NCBI GenBank assembly: GCA_963663475.2
Contig: CAXXJV010000001.1
Location: forward strand, 2,720,001 to 2,784,000
Direction: 5' to 3'
Source: Candidatus Cloacimonadales bacterium
GTDB taxonomy: Bacteria; Cloacimonadota; Cloacimonadia; Cloacimonadales; JAFGVF01
Length of the DNA: 64,000 nt
The notes beneath the pieces were generated by a model that saw only the letters and a program-made list of their open reading frames with translations, had not been told where the DNA came from and did no database searches. A program made the position numbers and the translations under genes. Shown piece by piece: positions 40,880-51,059 of this stretch. The stretch's first letter is position 1. Every line of letters begins with the position of its first letter.

Positions 40880-42256
40880 CTACTTTAAATAATATGACTC
40901 AAGTAAGTTGAGTCCATACTCTTTCACTTCATAATTTTTAAAAACATCATAATATTCAACTGAACCATAATTATTATGGTAATTAACTTTAATATCATAA
41001 AAACCTGGAGCAATATCAAAATCTCCTACATAGGCATAGCCCGGGAAAATAAGGCAAGATCTTAAATCAGCAGCCTCACTTGCTTCAGTTAGTGCAGCTG
41101 TGCCCAACTTTGCTAAGAAACCACCCAACTCACCTGTTTCTTTTTCTATCTTCTTCTGGGTTGCTATTGAAGCAATTCCCTTTAAAACTGTTCTAGTAAT
41201 AGCTCTGATATAAGCCATACGGGCTTTGACTGAAAAAGTCTCTTTTGCTATTCTATTAACTGATTCTATTTTTTCTAATTCACCTACCACTTTTCCATTC
41301 ACTTCAATAGATATTTTTTTAATATTACTGTCTTTTTCTCGCATTCTAGGAAGAGAAAACTTAAAATAATAACCAGCTTCTACACCAGGAAAAATAAACT
41401 GTTCTCCTTGACTCTCCTTACCATCATCTACAAAGACAGTTACTAAATTCTCTAAAGTAGCAACTCGGTAGGTTACAGGATATTTTTCAGGAGCTAAGCC
41501 AGTAAAAGAAACAAAACTTATTTTAGTCTTATCTGCCTTTATACTACTAAAACCAGCTAAATTTGGTTTGGAAAAATTATAGATATGACCTTGTAATTTA
41601 AAAGCTTCGTCAATATACCGATTATCGATTCGAACATCGTCAAATCTGTTTTCAGCTCGATATAATAACATACTCAAGAATCTTGCTAAGGCCGAATTAT
41701 TGAATTGAATACTTTTAACTTGGATATCAATTTTACTATTTTCAGATTCGTTTAATTTTTCAACATATTCTTTATATTTGTCTTCTAGAAGGTTAAGTTT
41801 GTCATTAACCCTTCTAATTTCCACAAAAGCTGATTCTTGCTTATTTAAATTAAGATAGTTTAAAGCCTTAAATATATTAATGTAAATATCTTCATAATCT
41901 TCACCTGCATAAGCCAAAGTATTATCATTGAGCAACATTGAAGAAGCAGCTCTACTTACAGATTTTGTATATAATTCACTAATAGCATCTTCAGCTTTAG
42001 TTAAATGAAAATTACTCTTAATATAATCTTTGTTATAGTGTAAAATCATGCCCATATAGAGATGATAAAGAACTCTATCTTTATCTGGAAAGCACTTTTC
42101 TTTGTTTGTTTCAATAACCTGTAATGAAGCTTCAAAGTTTCTATTCTGAATATTAGTTAATAAGGACTCTTTATACATATCTCTGGTTCTAAGATTAGAA
42201 CATCCAATAATTGACATAAATACTAAAATGATTATAAGATATTTACTCTTGTTCAT
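40880..42256 (-). CDS. COG3014-like TPR lipoprotein
   Basis: IIGC lipobox; YAGEDYE...ALNYL...AFVEIRR; ADLRS motif. Confidence 0.7.
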   Translation of the reverse strand: MNKSKYLIIILVFMSIIGCSNLRTRDMYKESLLTNIQNRNFEASLQVIETNKEKCFPDKDRVLYHLYMGMILHYNKDYIKSNFHLTKAEDAISELYTKSVSRAASSMLLNDNTLAYAGEDYEDIYINIFKALNYLNLNKQESAFVEIRRVNDKLNLLEDKYKEYVEKLNESENSKIDIQVKSIQFNNSALARFLSMLLYRAENRFDDVRIDNRYIDEAFKLQGHIYNFSKPNLAGFSSIKADKTKISFVSFTGLAPEKYPVTYRVATLENLVTVFVDDGKESQGEQFIFPGVEAGYYFKFSLPRMREKDSNIKKISIEVNGKVVGELEKIESVNRIAKETFSVKARMAYIRAITRTVLKGIASIATQKKIEKETGELGGFLAKLGTAALTEASEAADLRSCLIFPGYAYVGDFDIAPGFYDIKVNYHNNYGSVEYYDVFKNYEVKEYGLNLLESYYLK

Positions 42257-42292
42257 AAAACTCCCTAGGGACAGATATTAAGCTGAAAAAAG

Positions 42293-42320
42293 ATAGGTAA
42301 CTTGTACACAAGCTACCTAT
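42293..42320 (-). terminator. Intrinsic terminator within the lipoprotein cluster
   Basis: ataggtagcttgt-gt-acaagttacctat followed by a T-tract on the minus strand. Confidence 0.65.
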
Positions 42321-42329
42321 AAAAGATTA

Positions 42330-42932
42330 TTATAATTTAAACTTACCTTGAGAAACAACTTTCTTTAATTTTTTCTCTCCTATCCATACAGTTTCATTTG
42401 ATTCAGTATTAACTAGCTGAAGGTTAACTTGATAATAAACAACCCTTTGGCCTTCAACTGCATCAATAATTGATTTTATTGAACCTTGAAGTACGAAATC
42501 TGCACCTAGCTCTTCAGCTAGTCTTTTAGCTGTTTCTTCTGAAGCATAAGATTGCTGTTGTAGTCTCTCTTCTCTGATTTCTGCTCGTTCGTCTTTACCT
42601 GCAACGAATCTTACCTTACCAGAGTTTATTAGTTCTCTTTGCATATCTTTGATAAAAGTAGAAGTCTCAATATGCTCACTTGTAAGATTACGCACAGTTC
42701 CTACTGTCACGACAGGTTTTTCAGAGTTTTCAGCAACAAAATTCATTAACCAGTTTTGTGATACTACATCCTTAACCATCTCTTCTGATACTTGCTGAGA
42801 ATCAATATCATTCCACCTACCACTTAAGTCAATTTTTTCATCAACTCCTCTTCTACTAACCTCTCTTGAAGAAGAACATCCTGCAAGGACTAAAAGGATT
42901 AATAGGGCTAAGATCATATAAGTTTTCTTCAT
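42330..42932 (-). CDS. LpoB-like (penicillin-binding protein activator family) lipoprotein
   Basis: LAGC lipobox; NLTSEHI, LINSGKVRFV, GADFVLQGSI, YYQVNLQLVN...VW. Confidence 0.75.
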   Translation of the reverse strand: MKKTYMILALLILLVLAGCSSSREVSRRGVDEKIDLSGRWNDIDSQQVSEEMVKDVVSQNWLMNFVAENSEKPVVTVGTVRNLTSEHIETSTFIKDMQRELINSGKVRFVAGKDERAEIREERLQQQSYASEETAKRLAEELGADFVLQGSIKSIIDAVEGQRVVYYQVNLQLVNTESNETVWIGEKKLKKVVSQGKFKL

Positions 42933-42953
42933 TATTTCCTCCGCTTTATGTTT

Positions 42954-43910
42954 TTATTTACTAGCTAAGAAGACCTTAACTTTCTCGTCAATATCTTTTT
43001 TATTTTTATTCTTAATAAACTGTTGTTGATAGAAATTATATTGAGACTCAATAATTCTTCTATGGACATAAATCACTATTGGAGAGAATATAAAAGAGCT
43101 AAGCATAAAGAGTAAAATCATTGAGGGAATTGAACTTATAATATCAATCCTGTTTACAAGTAAAGGAAAATTTACCTGGAGAATATCTGGAAATAAGGAC
43201 TTTAGATAAATAAAAATATTAACCAATGCATGTTTATAAATTAGTAGAGATAGGGTAATAAATAACAAGTTAACTAACCATGCTTTGAGATAATAGCTTT
43301 TCATTTGAGAAATAGACTTAAAGATTTTATTCAGGGTTCTGACTTCATTTCCACCAGTATAGAAGAGTAAAATTTGAGTTCTCAGCATCATAGTAATACT
43401 TGCTGTTGTTAAGACAAGAATGATATAAAGAGGTTCTTGAAATCTGTTTAGACCAGCTATATCATAAAATAGATTAGTTAAAAAATTCAAATCCCAAAGT
43501 GGAAGAAAATAGATGATAGCAAAGCAAATCATCCAGAGAAAGAGACTAATCAGGGTAATAAAGACATTAATATTATCCTTATCTTTGTAAGGTATTATAT
43601 CAATTTCATCCCTTTTTTTAAAAGAATTAATAATTTTTTGATCAATTGAAATTGAGATATAGTTCCAGATAACAAGTATAGCAAAAAGAATGGAGCAGAT
43701 TAATGGTATATTTTGCCAAGAGTAAGACATGGTAAAAAAATAGTTATCCAACCATCTTCTCTCAGAAACAAAAACTGATAGATCTTGGGGCTGTAAAAAT
43801 ATTTGGAGTCCATTCCAACCTCCAAAAAATAACAGCTGGCTCCATAAAATTATCTTAGAGAACAGAAATTTATCATTTTTAACTATTGAATCTTCATTAC
43901 TGTAAAGCAA
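42954..43910 (-). CDS. Polytopic membrane protein, unknown function
   Basis: About six hydrophobic segments; TTG start with upstream AGGAG. Confidence 0.55.
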   Translation of the reverse strand: MLYSNEDSIVKNDKFLFSKIILWSQLLFFGGWNGLQIFLQPQDLSVFVSERRWLDNYFFTMSYSWQNIPLICSILFAILVIWNYISISIDQKIINSFKKRDEIDIIPYKDKDNINVFITLISLFLWMICFAIIYFLPLWDLNFLTNLFYDIAGLNRFQEPLYIILVLTTASITMMLRTQILLFYTGGNEVRTLNKIFKSISQMKSYYLKAWLVNLLFITLSLLIYKHALVNIFIYLKSLFPDILQVNFPLLVNRIDIISSIPSMILLFMLSSFIFSPIVIYVHRRIIESQYNFYQQQFIKNKNKKDIDEKVKVFLASK

Positions 43911-43959
43911 GTATTTTCTCCTTCTTAACTTTAAACTAAGATAACTGAGGGTCTATGTT

Positions 43960-43994
43960 TGTCAATTTATTAATGATTTTTTTTATTATTGACA
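43960..43994. promoter_or_regulatory. Divergent sigma70-type -35 boxes
   Basis: tgtcaa at 43960-43965 (minus) and TTGACA at 43989-43994 (plus) between divergent genes. Confidence 0.6.
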
Positions 43995-44044
43995 GTATAT
44001 TTCAAATAATATTAATATCATTTTACTAACAAAAAGGAGATTTT

Positions 44045-44890
44045 ATGGAAAGAACAGGATTCCAAAAAGTAGGCATCTATGTTGATGTAGCTAACATAGC
44101 CCAGAATGGTGGTTATGGAATAGCTTACGATGTGTTGCGTGAATTTGCTTGCCGTAATCATGGTACAGCAGTAAGATTGAATGCTTACTTAGCCTATGAT
44201 GAAGAAAGAGCTAAGAGTGATGCTGAGTATCGACGCCATTCTCTAAATTTTCATGCTAACTTACGTGACTATGGTTATAAAGTCATAGTGAAGTCTGTTA
44301 GATTTTTCTTTGATGAGCTAGGTCATCGTTATGCAAAAGCAAATGCTGATCTTGATTTAGCCGTAGATGCTTTATTACAATCAAATCATTTAGATTATGT
44401 TTTATTAGTGACAGGAGATGGAGATTTTCTTCAGGTCATCAGAGCCTTGCAAAATAAGGGTTGCAGAGTCGATGTATTAGGTTTTAAGAATGTATCATAT
44501 TTATTAAAAAACGAAGCCGATATATTTGTTTCAGGATTTTTAGTTCCTGATTTATTACCAGTCCAAGACGAATATGGAGTTCCTCTCAATAAAGAACATT
44601 GGGGTGAGATTGGTTCTTATGTTCGTGGAGTATGCTATACTTATAATAAAGAGAAGAACTTTGGTTTCTTTAGAGTATTAAATTCAATCAATGAGGGCTT
44701 ATGGATTACAGATTCTCGTAAGGAACATTCTCCCTATAAGTCAATCTTCTTTCACAGCTCCAATTTACCTGAAGGTATAGATATTGAACTTCCTAACCGT
44801 AATCAAATATTTGAATTTAAATTAGCCCAAGGTGAAAAGGGCTTTCAAGCTGTTGATATCCGAGTTGGTTATAAATACAGTTTTAAGTAG
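44045..44890 (+). CDS. NYN (LabA/DUF88, PIN-like) nuclease-domain protein with C-terminal cold-shock/OB-fold domain
   Basis: YVDVANI, KANADLDLAVD, TGDGDF; C-terminal KNFGFF...IFFHSS...FEFKLAQGEKGFQAVDI. Confidence 0.82.
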   Translation: MERTGFQKVGIYVDVANIAQNGGYGIAYDVLREFACRNHGTAVRLNAYLAYDEERAKSDAEYRRHSLNFHANLRDYGYKVIVKSVRFFFDELGHRYAKANADLDLAVDALLQSNHLDYVLLVTGDGDFLQVIRALQNKGCRVDVLGFKNVSYLLKNEADIFVSGFLVPDLLPVQDEYGVPLNKEHWGEIGSYVRGVCYTYNKEKNFGFFRVLNSINEGLWITDSRKEHSPYKSIFFHSSNLPEGIDIELPNRNQIFEFKLAQGEKGFQAVDIRVGYKYSFK

Positions 44891-44952
44891 ATTATTAAAA
44901 AAGAAAAATTATTATAAGTTGAAAATAAAGTAATTTTAAAACTTTGAATATT

Positions 44953-44983
44953 AAGTGAGTTAGAAGATAACTCACTTTTTTTT
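44953..44983 (+). terminator. Intrinsic terminator
   Basis: aagtgagtta-gaaga-taactcactt followed by a T-run. Confidence 0.75.
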
Positions 44984-45058
44984 AAAATAAAATGCAGGAT
45001 TTTCTAAATGGTCAAGTCTTAAGGGGTGAAGACATAAAAGAAACCAAAAAAGGAGTAT

Positions 45059-45577
45059 ATGATGTTTAAAAAAACTGTATTAGTTGTTGCCTTAATGGCA
45101 GTGTTGTTAGGAAGTCTTTTAGCTCAACCAATGAGATACCAGGCTAAAAGAGAATTAGGTGATGAAAGAGGCATTCATTCTCAATATAAGAATTATCCTG
45201 GAAGAATGGGTATGGAAATGGGTATGCATAATCGTAATGGTGGAAAGAGAATGCATAAGATGCTACCAGGAAGAATGGTTTTAGCCATGGCCGACCAAAT
45301 AGATTTATCTCAAGCTCAGATTGATAAAATTAAAGATATTCAAACAGATTTTGGTAAAATGAATAATTCAAAGACAGCTGAGATTGAGAATTTATTAATA
45401 GACAAAAGAGCTGCTATGCGTGCTCAGAATTTTAAGGAAGCTAGAAAAGTTACTACTGATATCTATGAACTTCGTCAAGATTTAGCAGTAGCAAAAATTA
45501 CTGCTATGGAAGATATCTATAAAGAATTAAGTACAGAGCAAATTGAAAAGCTAAAAAATGAATGTTTAATGGACTAA
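45059..45577 (+). CDS. Spy/CpxP-like periplasmic protein
   Basis: Signal peptide, Met/Gly-rich stretch, DLSQAQ and LSTEQ (LTxxQ-like) motifs. Confidence 0.7.
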   Translation: MMFKKTVLVVALMAVLLGSLLAQPMRYQAKRELGDERGIHSQYKNYPGRMGMEMGMHNRNGGKRMHKMLPGRMVLAMADQIDLSQAQIDKIKDIQTDFGKMNNSKTAEIENLLIDKRAAMRAQNFKEARKVTTDIYELRQDLAVAKITAMEDIYKELSTEQIEKLKNECLMD

Positions 45578-45602
45578 AATAAAAAACACTCTCTCTCAAA
45601 TC

Positions 45603-45632
45603 TAAAGAGGAATGCCTAGGCATTCCTCTTTA
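45603..45632. terminator. Perfect palindrome, bidirectional terminator between convergent genes
   Basis: taaagaggaatgcctaggcattcctcttta. Confidence 0.75.
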
Positions 45633-45693
45633 TTTGAAAAAGACAAAAGAAGATACTTCTTCTCAAGTATTGTTTCAATGTTTGAATTTTGTT

Positions 45694-48600
45694 TTAGGGA
45701 ATACTTCTAACAAGTCTGAAGCCTATATTCCAAGCTCTAGTTGCATAGTTCATAGAAGCTCTTGCAATGTTTGTGCAGGCATAAGAACTTTCCGCAAAAC
45801 TACCTCCTCTAATCATACGTTGATCCCCTGCTACTGGACCTGTCGGATTTACTTGAGGAGTACTAGGGTAAGTAGCATAATAATCCCAACACCATTCCCA
45901 GACATTTCCTGACATATCATAAATACCTAGTTCATTAGCTTGTTTAAGTCCAACACTGCAATGAGAAGTTGCATTATCATTATACCAGCCAACCTCATCT
46001 AAATTGTTAGAACCACAATATGTGTAATTTTCAGATTGATTACCTCCTTTAGCAGCAAACATCCATTCCATTTCTGTTGGTAATCTATAACCATTTGCAT
46101 TAAAATTACAAGTGATATATTCTTCATTAAAAGTATAATTTTGAATAAAAGGAGCCCAATCGTCAGGATTACTTCCATAATTTTGGTATGTGTAACAGGG
46201 AGTCAAACCCTCAGAAATAGATCTGCGATTGCAGTAAGATATGGCATCAACCAAATTGACGCTATCTACTGGCCGATTAGGTTTTGAATAATAGTTTGGA
46301 TAATGAGAAGGATTGGTTCCCATAATATTCTGATAATTAATTTGTGTCATCTCATATTTATCCATATAGAAAGAAGATATGGTTACTTGGGAAGATCCGT
46401 TATTGAAGGTGCCTCCTTCAACATATTTAAAATCAGGAGGAAAAATCCAATATTCAAAAACTCCAGTTTCAGAATCAAAAAGACCTGGTTTAAATGCCTT
46501 AGCTTTCAATATTGTATGATTACTAGTTACAAATATTCCTGAAGTATAAAGTGTTGAGTTTGAGTTAGGTTCACTTCCATCGGTAGTATATCTAATCACA
46601 GACCCAAAAGTTTCACATTCAATTCTAACATTAAATGTATCATAACCGTGTCCTCCAGGATGACTAAAGCTAGGAGTAGATACTTGTTCTTGGTGAATAC
46701 CACGGACACACCTAAAACCATTCCCCCAATGCAAAGTAGTATTTGCAATAAATCCTCGATGATTTATTAAACAATTGTCATTACCATATTGCCAGCCTCC
46801 TCCTTTAATTACCTTAGAAGGATTTGTTTGATCTGTAGTGGGATTAATCTGGTTTGTGTTAGATAGACTTCCTTCATGATCCCAACACCATTCCCAAACA
46901 TTTCCACTCATATCATAAATACCTAGTTCATTACCATCTTTTGTTCCTACTTCATGAGTTCCATAATCAGGATTTGAAGTTCCACCTGATATTTGCGAAG
47001 CATTACCTGAAAACCAAGCAACATCCCACACATTATTACTACCACTATATGTATAGCCTAAAGATTGATTTCCCCCTTTGGCTGCAAACATCCACTCCAT
47101 TTCGGTTGGTAACCGATAACCATTTACACTCCAATCGCAAGAAATATTAAGAGTATTGTTTGAGTCACTATTCCAGTCGGAAGGCCAGTTATCAGGATTA
47201 CTCCCATAAATACCATAACTGTAACAAGGAAGTTGATTCTCTTGAATACTTCTTCTATTACAATATTCTATTGCATCAAACCAGCTAACATTTTCCACAG
47301 GCTTATTTCCATTATCTGCGAAATAGGAGGGGTTATTTCCCATAACTGCTTGATACCCTACCTGAGTTATTTCATATTTATCAATTAAGAAGGGAGATAG
47401 TGTAACATTAGCAAATCCATTGTTAAATGTTCCTCCTTCAACTTGAATAAAGTTATCTGGTACTATGAAGTATTCAGCTTCTGAAATAAGTGATGGATAT
47501 AAATCATCTTTGTAGGCTCTTGCTCTTAGGATAGTAGAATAATTTATTTCTATAGGTGATGAGTAAAGTAAAGAAGATTGGCTTGGTTCACTTCCGTCAG
47601 TAGTATATCTTATTTCAGACCCAAAGCTTGAAGAGGTAATACTTATGGACTGTGGGCTAAGATAAGTTCCTGATGATAGATTGAAGATTGGGGCTTGAAC
47701 TTGTCGGTCTAAAGAATTTCTTGCACATCTAAAACCAATGTGCTGAAAAAGATTAGTAATTGTAGATTCTGTTCTATAATCAATACGACAAAGATTCTCT
47801 GAACAATTCCAACAACCACCACGCATCACACGTGCATCTCCTGTAGAAGCACCAGTTGGATTAGTTTGCTGAACTTCAGAATATTCTCCCAGAATATCCC
47901 AACACATTTCAAAAACGTTTCCACTCATGTCATAGAAACCTAATTCATTAGCTTGTTTTGTTCCTACGCTATGTGTTCCGTAATCAGGATTATCACTTTC
48001 TCCAGTAATAAATAATGCATTAGCATTAAACCAAGCAACATCCCAAATATTGTTACTACCACTATAAATATACCCAGAACTTTGATTACCACCCATAGCA
48101 GCAAACATCCACTCCATCTCAGTTGGTAAACGATAACCATTAGCATAATTATTTAAGTAAACATAATGTTGCTTTGAATCATGATTATCCCAGTCATTAG
48201 GCCAGTTGTCAGGATTAACTCCGTAAGAATCATAACGATAATATGGATTTAGGTTTTCTTGAATACTTCTCCGGTTACAGTATTCTATTGCATCAAACCA
48301 AGTTACCTGTTCAACAGGTCGATTTAAGTTACCTGTAAAGTAAGATGGGTTAGTTCCCATAATCTCTAAGTAACTAGACTGAGTAACTTCATACTTATCT
48401 AGGTAAAATGAGCTTAAAGTTACATCTGCTGTACCATTATTAAAAGTAGCTCCTTCTACAAGAATAAAACTCTCAGGTTGGATATGAAATTCAGCTTGGC
48501 CAACTATTGAAGGAATCATATCATTCTTATAGGCTTTTGCTTTGATTTTTAAAGATGAATAGACATCAATTGGACCATAATAAATTGCAGAACTTTCATT

Positions 48601-49830
48601 TGGCTCAGTGTCATCAAGTGTATAACGTATTGTAGCGCCAGGTGTAGTAGTTGAGATTATTACACTTTGAAAGTCGTTATAGACTCCAGCAGGAGGACTA
48701 AAAGTTGGCATAGAAACTTGTTCTTCTAAGGTTGATCTTACTAAACGTAAACCAACAATCGCATTTCTTGATGTTGGTGTTAAGATACTCCTATGGAATA
48801 CTCTTGAATTTAAGAAAGGATTACTCCAACTACCTCCACGAATGCATCTATGTGAGCCACTACTAGGTCCATGAGGATTAGTTTGATCATTTGTGGGATA
48901 TTCACCATATAGATCCCAACATAGCTCAAAAACATTACCACTCATGTCATATAAGCCTAACTCATTAGGGGCTAGTAATCCAACTTCATGTGAGCTACTA
49001 GCGGAATTTTCATTATACCAAGCTACAGCGTTTATGTTTTCACTTCCACTATAAGTATAGTTATTTGAGAGATTACCTCCCTTAGCAGCGAACATCCATT
49101 CCATTTCTGTTGGTAATCTATAACCATTATTTTGAAAATCACAGGCAAAATTCACCTGATAAAGAGCTGTAGAATTCCAACCTTCTGGCCAAGCAGCAGG
49201 ATCATAACCATATTCTGCATATGAATAACAGGGTGTTAAATTCTCTTCCACACTTCTTAAATTACAATAAACTAGAGCATCATACCAAGAAATCTTTTCT
49301 ATTGGATGATTAGGATTATTACCATTATCATAATTATTGGAAGGGTTTTCTCCTATCACTGCTTCATATTCAGCTTGTTTTAATTCATAATTAGAGATGT
49401 AAAAAGAGGAAAGTGTGATGTTAGATGTTCCATTATTAAATGTTCCCCCTTCAACTAAGATAAAATTTGTTTGGTTGTCATTAGCTACTGCTGCAACATA
49501 ATAAAACCTTCTTTCATTGCTTAGAGGACCAGTCCAACTATTACCTGAAAAGACGCCTGATAGGTCTTCTTCGAACTCACTTTGAGGCTTAGTAGATGAA
49601 TAAACCTTATAAGAATCTATACCAGTAACTTGTTCCCAAGTAAGACTTAAAGTATTGTTATCCTGGTTAATACTAATAGAGATTCCTTCTACAAGACGAT
49701 TAGAATCTTCTGTGGGAAAGGAAATTGCTACGTTGGCTTGTGGTAACCTATTTGCTTGAATAGTTAAAGGACATATTAATATAATAAATACCATAAAAAA
49801 ATAATAACAAGAAACACGAGAAATTTTCAT
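45694..49830 (-). CDS. Exported protein with four SUMF1/FGE-sulfatase (C-type lectin fold) domains separated by three chitobiase/Fn3-associated domains
   Basis: 4x VEG(G/A)TFNNG...GYRLPTEMEWMFAA.GG...NELG.YDMSGNV.E.CWD...GFR/GLR; 3x IRYT.D..EP linkers. Start moved to ATG 49830 (GGAGGA RBS). Confidence 0.88.
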   Translation of the reverse strand: MKISRVSCYYFFMVFIILICPLTIQANRLPQANVAISFPTEDSNRLVEGISISINQDNNTLSLTWEQVTGIDSYKVYSSTKPQSEFEEDLSGVFSGNSWTGPLSNERRFYYVAAVANDNQTNFILVEGGTFNNGTSNITLSSFYISNYELKQAEYEAVIGENPSNNYDNGNNPNHPIEKISWYDALVYCNLRSVEENLTPCYSYAEYGYDPAAWPEGWNSTALYQVNFACDFQNNGYRLPTEMEWMFAAKGGNLSNNYTYSGSENINAVAWYNENSASSSHEVGLLAPNELGLYDMSGNVFELCWDLYGEYPTNDQTNPHGPSSGSHRCIRGGSWSNPFLNSRVFHRSILTPTSRNAIVGLRLVRSTLEEQVSMPTFSPPAGVYNDFQSVIISTTTPGATIRYTLDDTEPNESSAIYYGPIDVYSSLKIKAKAYKNDMIPSIVGQAEFHIQPESFILVEGATFNNGTADVTLSSFYLDKYEVTQSSYLEIMGTNPSYFTGNLNRPVEQVTWFDAIEYCNRRSIQENLNPYYRYDSYGVNPDNWPNDWDNHDSKQHYVYLNNYANGYRLPTEMEWMFAAMGGNQSSGYIYSGSNNIWDVAWFNANALFITGESDNPDYGTHSVGTKQANELGFYDMSGNVFEMCWDILGEYSEVQQTNPTGASTGDARVMRGGCWNCSENLCRIDYRTESTITNLFQHIGFRCARNSLDRQVQAPIFNLSSGTYLSPQSISITSSSFGSEIRYTTDGSEPSQSSLLYSSPIEINYSTILRARAYKDDLYPSLISEAEYFIVPDNFIQVEGGTFNNGFANVTLSPFLIDKYEITQVGYQAVMGNNPSYFADNGNKPVENVSWFDAIEYCNRRSIQENQLPCYSYGIYGSNPDNWPSDWNSDSNNTLNISCDWSVNGYRLPTEMEWMFAAKGGNQSLGYTYSGSNNVWDVAWFSGNASQISGGTSNPDYGTHEVGTKDGNELGIYDMSGNVWEWCWDHEGSLSNTNQINPTTDQTNPSKVIKGGGWQYGNDNCLINHRGFIANTTLHWGNGFRCVRGIHQEQVSTPSFSHPGGHGYDTFNVRIECETFGSVIRYTTDGSEPNSNSTLYTSGIFVTSNHTILKAKAFKPGLFDSETGVFEYWIFPPDFKYVEGGTFNNGSSQVTISSFYMDKYEMTQINYQNIMGTNPSHYPNYYSKPNRPVDSVNLVDAISYCNRRSISEGLTPCYTYQNYGSNPDDWAPFIQNYTFNEEYITCNFNANGYRLPTEMEWMFAAKGGNQSENYTYCGSNNLDEVGWYNDNATSHCSVGLKQANELGIYDMSGNVWEWCWDYYATYPSTPQVNPTGPVAGDQRMIRGGSFAESSYACTNIARASMNYATRAWNIGFRLVRSIP

Positions 49831-50093
49831 ATATTCCTCCAAGATTGTGGGTTCCTTTTCAAATATGCTTAATAATAATTATAATGCATTAGTGTCTCAT
49901 AATAAATTTATTTATGCTAATACATTATTAATTGTCAAGTTTAAAATTGAAAGAGAAATAGATATTTATCTCTTAATGAAGACTACACTAAGAGAATAAA
50001 CCTTTTATAATGAACTTTCCTATTCTTATAATTAATATTTTAAGTTAAGTTTTTATTATTGATTTTAGGTCTAGTTTTCTGAGTAAAAACTTG

Positions 50094-51014
50094 TTAATTT
50101 TGACTAAAATCAGCAATTATATCATCAATTACCTCTAGCAAATCTTTCTCTTGTTGTAGTTTTTTTTCCACATTTCCGATTAGCTGCAAAGGATTAATTA
50201 AATCTCTTAACCTCCCAAGTAAATACCAATTATCAGGTAGCTTTGTCTCAGCATAAGTATTATAAGCCTTAGCAAAAAGAATTTTATCTTGTTTGCTAAA
50301 ACAGTCTCTGTAGCGGAAGAACTGTCCCACATCAGCTAAAGAATGTCCATTAGTAGAGTATTCCCAATCAACTATATAAATATCGTCGCTGGAAGCTAGA
50401 ATCATGTTAGCTGGACGAAAATCTGAGTGAATAAAACTCTTATAGATCTCAATTTCATTGAGAAGATTTTGATTATTAGCAATAAAATCTTCTATCATTT
50501 TTATTCTCTTTTCCCCTATAAGTCTCTGAGTTTTTTTATTGCTTAGAAAGAGCTTAAACCAACTTGAAAAAGGAGGTAAATCAAATTCTTGTATCTTTAA
50601 TCTTGTTTGGAAAGAGTGTATTTTTGCTAGGGATTCTCCAACTTGAATTATATGTTCTTCTCTAATTTCCTCCTGGCAAAGAAAGTGAGAAAAATTAACA
50701 CCTTTTATAAATTCATAGAGAATAAAATATCGCTTATTCTTAAGTGAATAATCTAGCAATTTAGGTATTTTAATGATTTTAGCAAGTTCTTGGTTTAAAG
50801 CTAGTTCATTAACAATCATAGCAGAGTCTTGACTAGTTACCCTGAGTAAAAATGTAGCAGTCTTTGTTCTTAGGATAAAATTACTATTTCTACAACCAAT
50901 TTCAATTAGTTTTACGTCAAATATTTCTTTGTGCTTAAAAACAGTAAAGATATCTTTAAGTTGCTTACTATCAAGTTTGTAGTAAGGATATGAACGTTCC
51001 CAATGAATATCCAT
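50094..51014 (-). CDS. Aminoglycoside phosphotransferase/choline kinase-family protein
   Basis: LAKIH, HSDFRPANMI, IVDWE. Confidence 0.8.
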   Translation of the reverse strand: MDIHWERSYPYYKLDSKQLKDIFTVFKHKEIFDVKLIEIGCRNSNFILRTKTATFLLRVTSQDSAMIVNELALNQELAKIIKIPKLLDYSLKNKRYFILYEFIKGVNFSHFLCQEEIREEHIIQVGESLAKIHSFQTRLKIQEFDLPPFSSWFKLFLSNKKTQRLIGEKRIKMIEDFIANNQNLLNEIEIYKSFIHSDFRPANMILASSDDIYIVDWEYSTNGHSLADVGQFFRYRDCFSKQDKILFAKAYNTYAETKLPDNWYLLGRLRDLINPLQLIGNVEKKLQQEKDLLEVIDDIIADFSQN

Positions 51015-51059
51015 AAGAAGAGGTAAGGCTGAGTTTCCCCAGCCTTTTCCAAATAGTTT

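Noticed and set aside
45640-45693. DGR-type hairpin downstream of the four-FGE gene
   Set aside because: Only short AT-rich inverted repeats (aagaag-ata-cttctt) are present, with no GC-rich stem or template repeat to support it.
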